From assembly GCF_001194135.2 (NCBI RefSeq), contig NC_068991.1, forward strand, positions 41,024,334 to 41,088,333: a stretch of DNA of 64,000 bases. The letters are read 5' to 3'. Every line of letters starts with the position of its first letter. Within the stretch, counting starts at the first letter, position 1. The notes under the pieces were generated by a model, which saw nothing but the letters and a program-made list of their open reading frames with translations, searched no databases and was not told where the DNA came from. The position numbers and the translations under genes were made by a program. This DNA comes from Octopus bimaculoides. Lineage: Eukaryota. This document shows positions 47,407 through 59,514 of the stretch, in pieces.

Positions 47407-47623
47407 AATTGAATGCAAAAGTCAGAATGCTAAATATTTATAAGTAAAAAATCTAAAACACACTAAATAACTTTTATCTAATGACAATAATCCCACCCAC
47501 CTCCACCTCAATAACAGATTTCTTATGTGCCCATATAAAAATGAGACTATAGATTGTTAATTGGATGAATAGTAAATAGTGTAAAGAGTTTCAAAAGACA
47601 AAGAAACAGTCATTAGCACTCAC

Positions 47624-47818
47624 CTGTTTCACAAGTTGGAGTCACAATACTAAAAGTATAGGTACCTACAACCAATCCATCATTGGGAAAGAAAATATTT
47701 AATGTATTGTCATTATCAGTTTCACAGGTGAAGTTGAAATCTGGAGAAAATTGGTTCCTTTCTGTGTCTATTACTGTCGAACAAGGTTTCATGGTGTTGT
47801 TTGAAGTACTTTCTATAT
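47624..47818 (-). CDS. MEIOSIN: MEIOSIN/BHMG1-like gene, coding exon 6
   Basis: gtttcaaggtttcAG...GTGAGT, 195 nt, phase 1 to 1. (D)IESTSNNTMKPCSTVIDTERNQFSPDF...VTPTCET. A second AG 7 nt upstream would be out of phase with exon 5. Confidence 0.78.
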
Positions 47819-47879
47819 CTGAAACCTTGAAACAATATAGAAAATATCCTATTAAAATATTAGTTAAAAATATTTATTT

Positions 47880-48112
47880 CTTTATATCCACAAGGGGCTA
47901 AACATAGAGGGGACAAACAAGGATAGACAAAGGGTTTTTCAGTTGATTCCATCAACCCCAGTGCATAACTGGTACTTATTTAATAGACCCCAAAAGGATG
48001 AAAGGCAAAGTCGATCTTAGTGGAATTTGAACTCAATGTAATGGCAGACAAAATACCGCTAAGCATTTCGCCCGGCGTGCTAATGATTCTGCCAGCTCAC
48101 CGTTAAAAATAT
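47880..48112 (-). mobile_element. Near-complete SINE, dominant family
   Basis: Reverse complement of the 15805-16030 copy (AACTGGTACTTATTTAAT...GGATGAAAGGCAAAGTCGA...CTAAGCATTTCGCCCGGCG). Confidence 0.8.
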
Positions 48113-48219
48113 TGAAAACTAAGGCAACAGTAACAAAAACACAACTTTAAAAGACACTGATATTCTCCCATTATCTATTAGTTTACCATATGTGTTCTGT
48201 CAAAAATAACTGATTTATC

Positions 48220-48370
48220 ATCTAGTATATATATATAAATGATAGTGTGTGTGTGTATATAATGACTAACGTATACATTTCCACAATTCTCAACTGATTT
48301 TCACGAAACTTTACACATACATTACTTATGCCCCAAGGATAGTCATGCACTATAACACTTTGCATAGAGC
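48220..48370 (+). mobile_element. Probable Helitron-like 5' fragment
   Basis: TCTAGTATATATATATAAATG-(TG)n...TTCTCAACTGATTTTCACGAAACTTTACAC resembles the start of the other Helitron-like copies. Confidence 0.4.
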
Positions 48371-49329
48371 TCCTGTGTAAATGGACATAGTTTTTTTTTG
48401 TATGTAGGGTCTTCCATACCTTTTATAAAAGTGAAAGGATTTTGTCCATTTATTTGTTTATTTTGACTGCCTACCTGCAACGATAACACATGTGTTATGT
48501 CTCCAGTAATTTTCTGTAAATAAATGTTTAAAAAATCTTAGCTGTTATTTTTAGCACAAAATGTGGGTGAAGGTAAAGAATATGCACACCTGGTGTTTAG
48601 GGTCAGGATTAGGATTAGGGTTACACTGAAAATGGATGGTGTGTGTATTCTTTATCTCCACCTAACACGTTATGTCTCTGGTAATTTTCTTTCATGTAAA
48701 TAAATATTAATTAAAAAATTTGCCAGCAAAATCTTATAAAATGACAATGTTCAAAAAGATGTACGTGTTTAAGTTATATATGAAAATAAGAGTGAACAAA
48801 ATATGCTTAAAAAACAACTATATTTTGTAGTCCAGATCCATAATCAACTCCCAAAACACTTCAGTAGCTCTACTTTGCATTGCTTGCAAACTTATATGTT
48901 CTATAATCATTTAAGTGCAACAACCTCCACAATAACCAGATTTCAATTTGATTTTCTGTTCCTAGGTTAATCGGAAACATAGATTGCCATGCTACTCATA
49001 AACCTTCTCAGTAGTTCAATCATTTAGTGAAAAAAATACCACTAAAGCAACTTAAAATATCCAAAGGACAGGTGCATTTGCTAGTTCCTTCAATAAACTT
49101 TTAATTTTTGTTAAATTTGAACTAACAGTGGATTTTTAAACTTCAATCCAGGTTTTCCTTCTATTATGTATTACCACTGATATAACCATCATGTATTATC
49201 ACTGATATAATAATTTTGTTTTAAAAATGTTATTTTAGTTTAAGTTAAAACAAAACAAAATATTGTTTATTACATATTTAGCCTCTTGCATTTTGAAACT
49301 GAACTATATATATCTTTTGACTAAAGACA

Positions 49330-49472
49330 CAAGGCTGGAACTTATTTTATAGCCCCCAAAAGAATGAAAGGCAAAGTCAACCTCAACAGAATTTGAACTC
49401 AGAACATAAAGCCAGAAGAAATGCTGCTAAACATTTTGTCTGAATTGCTGAAGATTCTGCCAGCACACTGCC
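49330..49472 (-). mobile_element. SINE fragment
   Basis: GAATGAAAGGCAAAGTCAACCTCAACAGAATTTGAACTCAGAAC. Confidence 0.7.
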
Positions 49473-50662
49473 TTCTAAATTATATAATAACAAGCTTATT
49501 GTATATGGTGCTGAGTTGCACTACAATGAATATTTTCAGTTTAAAACCCATTTTCCCATAATCTGATTACAAGATATATAATAATTATTGCATCAAAATA
49601 TACAATATATAATTTTAGAAACATCCATCCAGCAATGAGAAAAAAATACCCGTCAGTAATTCCCAGTTATGACAGGTGAAGAGTTAATTACTCTTCAAGT
49701 TTAATTGTGCAATTTTATAAACTAAGCCACTTACTAGTGTAGCACCACTCCAACCTGATGCAATCAGTATGTTAGCAACCAACTTTGAAACACCGATAAT
49801 CTTCCTTAATCTTTTTTATAACATTGTTCTTACTAATCTTCTCTACTATTTTTACTTGTTTCAATCACTGCACTGTGGCTGTGCTGTGTACTGTTTATCA
49901 ACTTCAGTACTTTGACTGGTGTTTATTTTATTTAACTTGGTGGGACATAACCAAATAGCACCAAGGTGTTTAGTCTGACATTCTACTGATTTTGCCATCT
50001 CCACATATATGTCTATATATCCAACAGGCTTCATCAACCAAATCTTACCCCAGAAGATTTGGTTGACCCATGGGTATAGCATAAGAAACAGCCCTAAGAT
50101 TCCATACAATGGTGTCAGTCATATGATTGAAAACTGAACTTCTAAACTACATAGCCACTCTTCATTCAACAACCCCTCATAACTTCTTTCTTATGACTGC
50201 AAGATGCAAATATGTACACATCATTTTGAATTCACTTCTCAATGTTATTCAGGATATCTACAAATATACTACTATGAAATTCTTATCATCTCAACACAAG
50301 ATTTGAAATAACTGCAGGAGAAAAAAAAATGTTCCTTACTGGCTTGGAATAGTGAAGTAGCTCTGTTAAACAAAAGCTAGATATATTTTTCATACTCTCA
50401 TTCAACAATTACTTGATACATTTTATTTCATTTATAATTCTACTTCATTGTTCTTTTATCTTTTATTTGTTTCAGTTATTAAATTGCGACCATGCGGGGG
50501 CACTGCCTTGAAGAATTTTTAGCCAAATGAATTGACACCAATACTTTTTAATTTTTAAAGCCTGGTACTTATTCTATTAGTGTCTTTGCTGAACCACTGT
50601 TACAGAGACATAAATAAACCAACAGCAGTTGTCAAGCAGTGGAAGGAGACAAACACACACAC

Positions 50663-51680
50663 ATCATCATCGTTTAGCGTCCGTTTTCTATGCTAGCATG
50701 GGTTGGATGGTTCGACTTGGGTCTGGGAAGCCAGGAGGCTGCACCAGGCTCCAGTCTGATCTGGCAGTGTTTCTATAGATGGTTGCCCTTCGTAACACCA
50801 ACCATTCTGTGAGTGTAGTGGATGCTTTTTACGTGCCACTGGCACAGGGGCCAGAGGAGGCTGGCAGTGGCCACAATCGGTTGGTGCTTTTTACATGCCA
50901 CCAGCACGGAAGCCAGTCAAGGCGGCACTCGCATCAGCCATGTTCATTCTGATGGTGCTTTTTACCTGCCACCAGCACGGGTATCACAACTACAATTTCC
51001 ATTTCATTTTCATTTTGATGTTGATGTACTTGACTCAATAGGTCTCCTCAAGCACAGCAGGTTGCCCTACAATCCAAGGTACTTTTGAATGGGCTGGGAC
51101 TGGTTATGTGAAACTGGTGTAGGATACAGCCGTGAACTCTCTTTATTTGCCGGGTCTTTGCAGTCACAGCATATCTCCAGAGGTCTCGGTCTTTCAGCAT
51201 TGCCTCTGTGAGGTCCAACGTTCGAAGGTCATGCTTCACTACCTCATCCTATGTATTCCTGGGTCTACCCCTACCCCGGATTCCTTCAACTGTCTGGGAG
51301 TGGCACTTCTTCACACAGCTCTCCTCATCCATCCATAGTACATGACCATACCAGTGCAAACGTCTCCCTTGCAAACTGCATACAATGCTTCTTATGTCCA
51401 ACATTTCTCTCAGGGCGCTTACACCTTGTCGTGTGTACACACTGACATTACGCATGTCCTCCGCAGTCACGGCCCATGTTTCACTGCTGTGAAGCATGGC
51501 AGTTCGCACACATGCATCGTACAATCTAGCTTTCACTCTGAGCGAGAGGTCCTTTGTCACCAGTAGGGGTAGAAGTTTTCTAAACTTTGCCCAGGCTATT
51601 CTTATTCTAGTGGTAACACTCTCAGAGCATCCACCCCCACTACTAACTTGGTCACTTAGGTAGCGGAAGCTATCAACTAC
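50663..51680 (-). mobile_element. RTE LINE 3' portion (RT C-terminus, 3'UTR with short internal repeats, (GAT)n tail)
   Basis: TKDLSLRVKARLYDACVRTAMLHSSETWAVTAEDM...LHWYGHVLWMDEESCVKKC...RGRGRPRNT; tail CATCATCATCGTTTAGCGTCCG. Confidence 0.88.
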
Positions 51681-51954
51681 TTCTAGTTCTACACATATAT
51701 ATATAAATATATGACAGGCTTCTTTCAGTTACTGCCTTTCAAATTCACTCACAAGGTTTTGGTTGGCCCAAGGCTACAGCAGAAAGCACTTGCTCAAGGT
51801 GCCATGCAATTGGACTGAACCTGGTACCAAGTGGTTGGGAAGCAAACTTCTTATGACACATCCACACCTGTGCCTATTTAAATAAAACATTTTTTTAATG
51901 CATTCTCTGAAATATTCAAAGTTCTAAAAACTAAGAACTTTTAAAATTGTGATT

Positions 51955-52350
51955 CATCATCATCATCATTGTTTAACGTCTGTTTTCCATGCTGACATGG
52001 GTTGGATGGTTTGACTAGGAACTGGGCAAGCCAGGAGGCTGCACCAGGCTCTAATCTGATTTGGCAAGGTTTCTACAGCTGGATGACCTTCCTAACACCA
52101 ACCACTCCAAGAGTGTAGTGGGTGCTTTTTACCTGCCACAGCACAGGAGCTAGTAGGGTGGCACTGGCATTGGCTACGTTCGGATGGTGCTTTTTACGTG
52201 TCATCGGCACAGAAGCCAATTGGGGCGAGGGGCTGGCATTGACCATGTTCAGCTGGTGCTTTTTACGTGCCACCAGCATGGGGAGCCAGTCAAGTGACAC
52301 TGGCATTGATCCACACATGAATTGTACTTATTGTGTACCACCAGCACGGG
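51955..52350 (-). mobile_element. RTE 3'UTR/tail with repeated GGTGCTTTTTACGTG units
   Basis: (CAT)n-TGTTTAACGTCTGTTTTCCATGCTGACATGGGTTGG, then several GGTGCTTTTTAC(C/G)TG(C/T)CA units. Confidence 0.8.
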
Positions 52351-52789
52351 TGTCAATCAGGTGACACAAACTTATTGGAGTGGTAGAAACAGCACAAATT
52401 TCTAGACTAAGTAACTGATCAATTTCTGGAGGCTGACTTTGCAATTCATCCTCAGAATCAATAAAATAAGTGCTACATTTTTAAGCAACAATGACCTTCT
52501 TCTAGAAATATGTGATGCCATGCTAATGTAAGAAAACATTGTTTCAAGAAATTTAAAATATTACCAAATCACAAGTTGATGAACATTCATTCTTCCACTG
52601 TTCATATGTATCATAACCCCACAAGGCTCTTCTTATATCTGCAATTGTACAATTATGTTGATTAGAACATCATTTGCAAGATATTACATACAAGAAACAA
52701 TAATGCATCTAATTTCTGTGTAGATATAAGAAAAGCAAGAGACATGTAAGGAGCCATACAGTCAGAGTTACATACAAAAAAATAAATAC

Positions 52790-52919
52790 CTTCTCTGCTG
52801 AGTCTGACAGTTAGGAACATTTTGGATAAGTCCACTGTTACTCTGAGCTCTTTGCAAACTTGGTTGATCATCTTCTCCAAGTATACAATATAACAAATGG
52901 CACGTTGCATGGTCACTAC
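52790..52919 (-). CDS. MEIOSIN: MEIOSIN/BHMG1-like gene, coding exon 5 (bHLH helix 2)
   Basis: aattgattttAG...GTATTT, 130 nt, phase 0 to 1. VVTMQRAICYIVYLEKMINQVCKELRVTVDLSKMFLTVRLSRE (K..T...AI.YI..LE helix-2 signature). Confidence 0.9.
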
Positions 52920-53184
52920 CTAAAATCAATTCAATATCATAAATGGGAAATGTTTGTTCAGTTTGGTTATAAAATGTCAAATATTTTAAAAGGACAATTA
53001 CTATGAGATCATACAACAGCTACTGTGTTCCTAAATCTGCTCACTAATGGTTCCTACTAGTAGCACCCATTCCCCTAAAGGAATGGTGAACAATACATTA
53101 ACTTTAAATTCAATTACAGTCACTACATGTATTACATAAGGGTATAAAAGTCGGGGAACACTGTAAGTATCCAAGTGTTTTGGA

Positions 53185-53400
53185 TCATCAAATGTCCACT
53201 TTCCATGCTGGCATGGGTTAGACGGTTTGACTGGAACTGGTAAGCCAGGGAGCTGCACCAGGTTCCAATCTGATTTGGTGTGGCTTCTACAGCTGGATGT
53301 CCTTCTTAATGCCAACTACTCCAAGAGGGTAATGAGTGCTTTTTATGTGCCATTAATGACAACAGCAATGGCCATGACTACGATGTATAGCAAAAAAAGT
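53185..53400 (-). mobile_element. RTE 3' end
   Basis: CCACTTTCCATGCTGGCATGGGTTAGACGGTTTGACTGGAACTGG...CTACAGCTGGATG. Confidence 0.7.
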
Positions 53401-53599
53401 TGCAAAACACTGGTTTAAACAATGCCAAAAATCTGATATCATTTGTGCTTCCTGATTGAGTGGCAGGAAAGGCATCCAGCTGTAAAAAGAATTACTTCAG
53501 TAAAAAAGCCACCACATCCATTCAAGGGAATAAAAGATGTTAAAAAAAAGAGTAAACAATATATCCCTCAGAGAGAGTCTACCAAATATTGAACCAATT

Positions 53600-54176
53600 A
53601 AGGGACTAGCCAATTGATAGCAGCATAATAGATAAGGCAATTAAGGACGTGAAGACAGGGAAAGCCCCTGGGCCCTCAGGAATCACTGCCGAGATTATTA
53701 AAATTTCCAGTGATGTAGGATACAGCTTAGTCACCCATATAGTTAATCAGGTTATTCAGGGAGGCACTATCCCCAATGACTGGTGTAGTAGTATTATAGT
53801 TAGCTGCTATAAGGGTAAAGGTGATGCCTTAGATAGACACAACTACAGAGGTAGACCAAGTCATGAAAGTTACTGAGAGGGTTATAGCTGTCAGTGCAGG
53901 TGCTACTTAAAAGCACCCAGTCTACACCGTAAATTGATTGGTGTTCAGAAGGGCATCCAGCTGTAAAAACCTTACCAAAACTGACTCACCTGTGCTTGTG
54001 TCACATAAAAAGCACCAAGTCCACTCTGCTGAGTGGTTAGTGTTAGGAAGGGCATCCAGCTGTAAAAATCCTGTCAAAACAATCACAGAAGTCTGGTGCA
54101 GGCTTCTGCCTGGCTGGCTTTTGTGAAACCATCCCACCCATGCTAGCATGGAAGGTGGACGTTAAACGATGATGAC
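53600..54176 (+). mobile_element. RTE RT N-terminal fragment followed by RTE 3' ends
   Basis: MKTGKAPGPSGITAEIIK...IPNDWCSSIIVSCYKGKGDALDRHNYRG (RT domain entry), then two AGGAAGGGCATCCAGCTGTAAAAA units and GCATGGAAGGTGGACGTTAAACGATGATG. Confidence 0.85.
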
Positions 54177-54644
54177 TTCTATAAAGCTGCTCTAGAAAGA
54201 AATTATGAGTTATCACCATCATTACCATTTTATCGTCCACTTTTCCCATTGGATTGGTCAGAGAGAATCTATTGAAGTGGATTTTCTACAATTGGATGCC
54301 CATCTTGTCTCCAACCCACACATATTTCCAAGTAAAGTAGTACTACCCCATGGCTAGGCATGCTTTCCCATAAGACTAGAAACAACTACTACACAATATC
54401 AAGTCAAGGAGATACACATACACATGTACAACATGCTTCTTTCAGTTTCCATCTACCAAATTTATTCACAACACTTTGGTCAGTCAGGTGGTAGAGTAGA
54501 AGAAACTTGCCCAAAGTTCCACACAGGGGAAGTGAACCAGAAACTACATGATTGGGGAGTGAACTTCTTAACTACAGTCATGAGTATTATTTTTAAATTT
54601 GTGAATATACAAGAAAAAAAGACAAAAAAATTCATATTCAAAAC

Positions 54645-54729
54645 CTTAGTTCCTTTAGAATATTCTGAATATCCAGGTATTTGTTTATACAATTTATTCA
54701 TTAATTCATTTAAAGTACGGTGACGAACT
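54645..54729 (-). CDS. MEIOSIN: MEIOSIN/BHMG1-like gene, coding exon 4 (bHLH basic end, helix 1, loop)
   Basis: ctctctctttctAG...GTTTTG, 85 nt, phase 2 to 0. (R)VRHRTLNELMNKLYKQIPGYSEYSKGTK. Confidence 0.9.
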
Positions 54730-55551
54730 CTAGAAAGAGAGAGAGAAGAAAAATAAAGCAATATTACGAAATAGAATTTATTTCTTAAATTTTCAACATT
54801 ACAAGGTAATAAATTATTGGTACATTATGAGTGTTTTTGCTTCAATGTTACATTGTACAACTGAATATATCTATAGATTTCAGCCATTTGTTTTATATAC
54901 AGTATTTTCCTAGACAGAAAGAGGTGTTAGCCAGTCTAGTTTCACTCCTTTGTTGGGATTTCATCAGCAACTAAATACGTCTCTAACTGACTAGAGACAC
55001 TGCTTATAAATCCACTATGACTTAGGGCCTTAAGTAAATTAGAAACACTGGTTTGTTTATATAACATTATTGGTAGCAAGTTCAATTAAAAAATAACTGG
55101 TGTACTAACATTAAATCTATATTGTACTATAGAATATATACAGAGATAGATTAAAATGACTACTCTCAACTGTTTATGGTCAAGCCAGAGGCAATGGAGA
55201 CCTCCAGTGTTCTCAGCCACTTGACCATATCCCTACTCACCACTATCAGGGCAGAGATGGCTATTTGCAAGTGTGAGCCCCCATGAGTCAAAGTGACTGT
55301 TCCAGCACATCTCTCTCACCATTGTCCGGGGCAACACCTTTCCCATTTTGTCTGTTGGGACCACAAAGCAGTCTGAATTACAGGAAATCAAAAGGATCTG
55401 AGAATTTCATGGCTTAATTCTTTTTTTCTATTTCTTCTCTCCTTTCTTTTTTCTTTTGGTTCTCATTTAAATATTATTTTTCTTAATAGTAAATATCATG
55501 GTTATGTTAAAATAAAAGCAAACTAAATATAAAAAAAGGAAATAAGAATAC

Positions 55552-55709
55552 CTTTCATTTTCTCTGTGCTTTTGCATCAGTTTCTGTGAAGATTTTTGTG
55601 CTTGTCTTTGTTTTGAATACTGATATTGGACATAATTTGAATGTGCATGTAGCACAACAGGAGACTCGAGGAGTGGGTAATTTCCACGGGGTCTTCGCTT
55701 TTTAGAAGA
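55552..55709 (-). CDS. MEIOSIN: MEIOSIN/BHMG1-like gene, coding exon 3 (NLS-like KKRRPR, basic region start)
   Basis: atgttttctAG...GTATTC, 158 nt, phase 0 to 2. SSKKRRPRGNYPLLESPVV...SQKLMQKHRENE(R). Confidence 0.88.
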
Positions 55710-56222
55710 CTAGAAAACATTTTGAATATAAAATATATAAAATTCTTTATATAAATAGTAATTTGTAAGAAGTTTTTACATTTCTAATTCAAAATAATTT
55801 AATTCTAATTTACTACAATTATTTTTTCAATGAAATAAATACACCAATTCTTTTCACACCAAACAAATCAATGAGGAGAGCCTCTACATGGTCACTTAAC
55901 CTGCTAAAAATAACAGCTAAATTCACACACGCGTTACAATCTTAAGATTTAAAAAATGGACATATTGAATAACATGGCCTTGGGTTTCCTACTTATGGGG
56001 AAAACATAGGATAGTCACAACTGGAATGTTTTTCATCATAGGTATACCCAGAGCTGACCTGCAATGAATCAGTAAGAGATGATAAATGCAGGTAAGCTTT
56101 AATGAGATGTTTTCTTCTGAAGTCATTAATATTTTAATCAAAATGAAACTAAACTTATAAATAATATTTATTTTATCAATTTCACACACATATAAATGTG
56201 AGCATGCAAAAGTGGATGTTTC

Positions 56223-56260
<38 letters not shown>

Positions 56261-56626
56261 CAATTAGAAAATGGAGGATAATATGCTGAACCCAACTACT
56301 TGCAGACAGTGTATCCCGTTGAATTCATTAATTTAATTCATAGCAAAAGTGACAAAAAAAGGAGAAAAAGAAAGAAAGAACCAAAGCACAGGTGTCTATG
56401 GCAGACTATGTTATTTTGCCAACCTGGTTTACATATAGAAGTACAAAGTACATAAGGAGTTAGAGGATGAACAGAAGTTTAATCTTCATCCGATAATCAC
56501 NNNNNNNNNNNNNNNNNNNNNNNNNNNNNNNNNNNNNNNNNNNNNNNNNNNNNNNNNNNNNNNNNNNNNNNNNNNNNNNNNNNNNNNNNNNNNNNNNNNN
56601 NNNNNNNNNNNNNNNNNNNNNNNNNN

Positions 56627-56671
<45 letters not shown>

Positions 56672-57381
56672 GCTTTCGATATTTTCAACCAAGACATTAC
56701 AACTGTATTTGTTCAAATGCTTCAATTATGTATATGTACATATATTTACTCAATTGCTTATATTTATCAATGGCTTCTCCCATTGTTTTGTTGCACTATT
56801 TTCTATCATTAATAGAACTGTTGGCATCTTTGAAAACCTGGATATGCTAGTGAGTTTATAAATCACACGTTTTTCCTAAATATTGCAAGTAACTAATTGC
56901 AAAAATATTTAGATAATATAAAAGACATTTAGCTGAAATAATTCTAATCATTTTCAAAACAATCTACCAAAGTCCCAGCACCAAACAAGAGCAATGCTTT
57001 CTGTAATTTCATCTAGGAACAGAGCAACCAGTGCTTATCAACTGTCATTCATGATAGAGTGACAACTTACAGTACTTTTAATGGGCATTAAAGAGTTGAG
57101 CTAGCTTATAGGGAATTGTGCATATATCATACACATGTGCATGTGAGTTGTTATTCATTTCTTTCATGCTTGCATGAGTTGGATGAATATGCCAAGGTGT
57201 TCATATTCAATATCATTTTCCAGTATGTGTGTGTGGGTCATATGTATATTGTGTGCGCATATGCATTAATTTACACAACTTTCAAATCCTGAGCAAGGTT
57301 CTATAAACAAGTTGCATAGATAATTTTTATTGTGCTTCCTTTTTTTTGTTTTGGCAATATACTGTCACTTATCTTAAAGTG

Positions 57382-58101
57382 TTGGATCATCCTATAAATA
57401 ATGCGGTTTTTTTGACTGCATGAACTAAAAGTCAGAGGGGGACGGGATAATCTACCTGCATCAACTTGTTATAAAAGCAGGTAGTAATTTAATCTTATTC
57501 TCAGCACAACGTTTGAGGAGTGCAGTTCGATTTTAACAGTTATTTCTTCAAAGCTATAATGGAAGTGACAAAGGAGAATATTAGGCATATATTGCTTTAT
57601 GAGTTGAATAAAGACAACAATGCTACAGAAAGTACAAGGAATATTAATGCAGTATATGGCGATTGAACAATAAGCATATAAGTCAGCGCTAGAAGACCAT
57701 CTTTGGTTTCAAGACAAAAGGTGTTCTTCCATCAGGATAATGCTGAGCCACATGCAACAAGGATGACATTCCAAAGGCTGGAACAGTTTGAATGGGAAAC
57801 GATGCACTACCCACCGTGTTCACAGGACATTGCTCCATCTGATTATCATTTATTCCTCAGTCTTCAAAATCATTTGGACAGTAAAAATATGAATTCTGTA
57901 GACAAGGTTAGAACAGTACTGGAGGAGTATTTTTCATTATGGACAAGTAAATTTTGGAAGAGGGGCCTTGCAAGTCTACCAGATAGAGGGAAGAGCATTG
58001 TAAAAAATGAAGGAGAATATATTTTAGATTAAAAAAGAACTTTATCTTAATTCTGAAAAATAAAAGCATAAAAAAACCGCATTATTTATGGGATGACCCA
58101 A
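57382..58101 (+). mobile_element. Free-standing, more deleted mariner of the 46162 family
   Basis: TTGGATCATCCTATAAATAATGCGG ... CCGCATTATTTATGGGATGACCCAA|TA. C-terminal remnant VFFHQDNAEPH...YPPCSQDIAPSDYHLFLSLQNHLD. Confidence 0.9.
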
Positions 58102-58169
58102 TATATATAGTGATGTGATAATTTGTTAACAATTAATGGAACACATTCTAAATCAAGGAATTATTTTAC

Positions 58170-58364
58170 CTTTTTGAAGACATTCTTTTTAAAGTGCCTC
58201 AATTGATTGTTAGAAATACCATTAAACCTCTGTTTCTTAGAGTTAATAATTATCTCTTGTTCCTCAGTGCTGCTAGAACTAATTGCATGGATCTCACTGA
58301 TATATTCTGGAACCTTTTGGTCTTCATGAATGAGATGTGGTTTAGCTTTAAATTCATCAAGGCA
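58170..58364 (-). CDS. MEIOSIN: MEIOSIN/BHMG1-like gene, coding exon 2
   Basis: gtttcatttcAG...GTAAAA, 195 nt, phase 0 to 0. CLDEFKAKPHLIHEDQKVPE...QLRHFKKNVFKK. Confidence 0.75.
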
Positions 58365-58504
58365 CTGAAATGAAACTGAGGAAAGACTAATATCTGAAAT
58401 GAGAAACATTTACAATTATAAGAGCTTGACATAATATACAAATTAGTATGAAAATAATGAAGTTAAATTTAAAGGGAGTAAAAAATGGCTCATAAAAAAT
58501 TAAA

Positions 58505-58765
58505 GTATCGAGATCGTTGCCGGTGCCCCTGGACTGGCTCTTGTGCAGGTGGCACATAAAAGACACCATTTCGAGCGTGGCCATTTTCGTGCGGGTGACA
58601 CGTAAAAGCACCCACTACACTCTCTGAGTGGTTGGCGTTAGGAAGGGCATCCAGCTGTAGAAACTCTGCCAAATTAGATTGGAGCCTGGTGTTGCCATCC
58701 GGTTTCACCACTCCTCAGTCAAATCGTCCGACCCATGCTAGCATGGAAGACGGACGTTAAACGAT
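58505..58765 (+). mobile_element. Young RTE 3' end, very similar to 33830-34048 and 60961-61226
   Basis: GTGGTTGGCGTTAGGAAGGGCATCCAGCTGTAGAAACTCTGCC...GCATGGAAGACGGACGTTAAACGA. Confidence 0.85.
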
Positions 58766-59415
58766 TTTCTGCTATTGACCCAATTGGTTATGTTGCCTTG
58801 AGACACAGGACTAAGGACTCAGTCTCATTGAGCACAAAGTACTCTCCCAAGTCAAGAGGACACTTTCATTTTAAGGATAACTTCTCTAATGCTATTGCTG
58901 CAATAAAATACACCCAGTACACTCAGTAATATAGTTGAGCTGGAAAGGTACAAATAAAAGTGGTTCTCTAAGCTATCTAGGGGATAGTAACTCCAAATAA
59001 GAACTGACTCAAACAATAATGACTTGTCCAACCAATACTAGCATGGAAAGTAAGTGTAATATGACCATAGTGATGATTATCATTATTTATATGGCTAAAA
59101 TATTTGTTAGTCTTGTTGCAGATTGAAACTCAGGGATATATATTCCAAGTTTTCTGCAGTACAGTGCAGGTACTGTTACTGCAGTTTCAAATTTCTTGAA
59201 CTCTCAACAGAATTTGTTTAACTCCATTAGTTGTGATGATGTAAAGATAAAGTTGTTGACTTTACAGAAAATGCTCCCCCACCCCCCACAATGATGTGTG
59301 CTAATTTGTTTACCAGTGTTACTTTGATGACATAATATATAAAGCCAGGGTATTCTTGGACTACAAACTGCCATTTTCACTGACAACTTTCCATTAGTAA
59401 TTCCTTGGCATTTAC

Positions 59416-59514
59416 TTTTGCTGATGTTTCCCCCAACAACTTGATCTTAGTTTGTCTAGGACCATTAGTTTCTATCAACAATTCTTTATTAATTTCATGA
59501 ATTTGTTGACTCAT
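59416..59514 (-). CDS. MEIOSIN: MEIOSIN/BHMG1-like gene, candidate first coding exon
   Basis: Acceptor tttttttttAG at 59518-59519, then TCT-ATG. MSQQIHEINKELLIETNGPRQTKIKLLGETSAK followed by donor GTAAAT, phase 0. The start codon is uncertain. Confidence 0.6.

Noticed and set aside
48596-48626. TTTAGGGTCAGGATTAGGATTAGGGTTA telomere-like run
   Set aside because: Only a few degenerate units inside probable transposon sequence; too short to call an interstitial telomere.
50820-52340. Short repeated units (GGTGCTTTTTACGTGCCAC) with variable spacers, superficially CRISPR-like
   Set aside because: Eukaryotic context with no cas genes. The units are internal repeats of the RTE 3'UTR, also seen at 33985-34048, 58530-58620 and 61120-61830.
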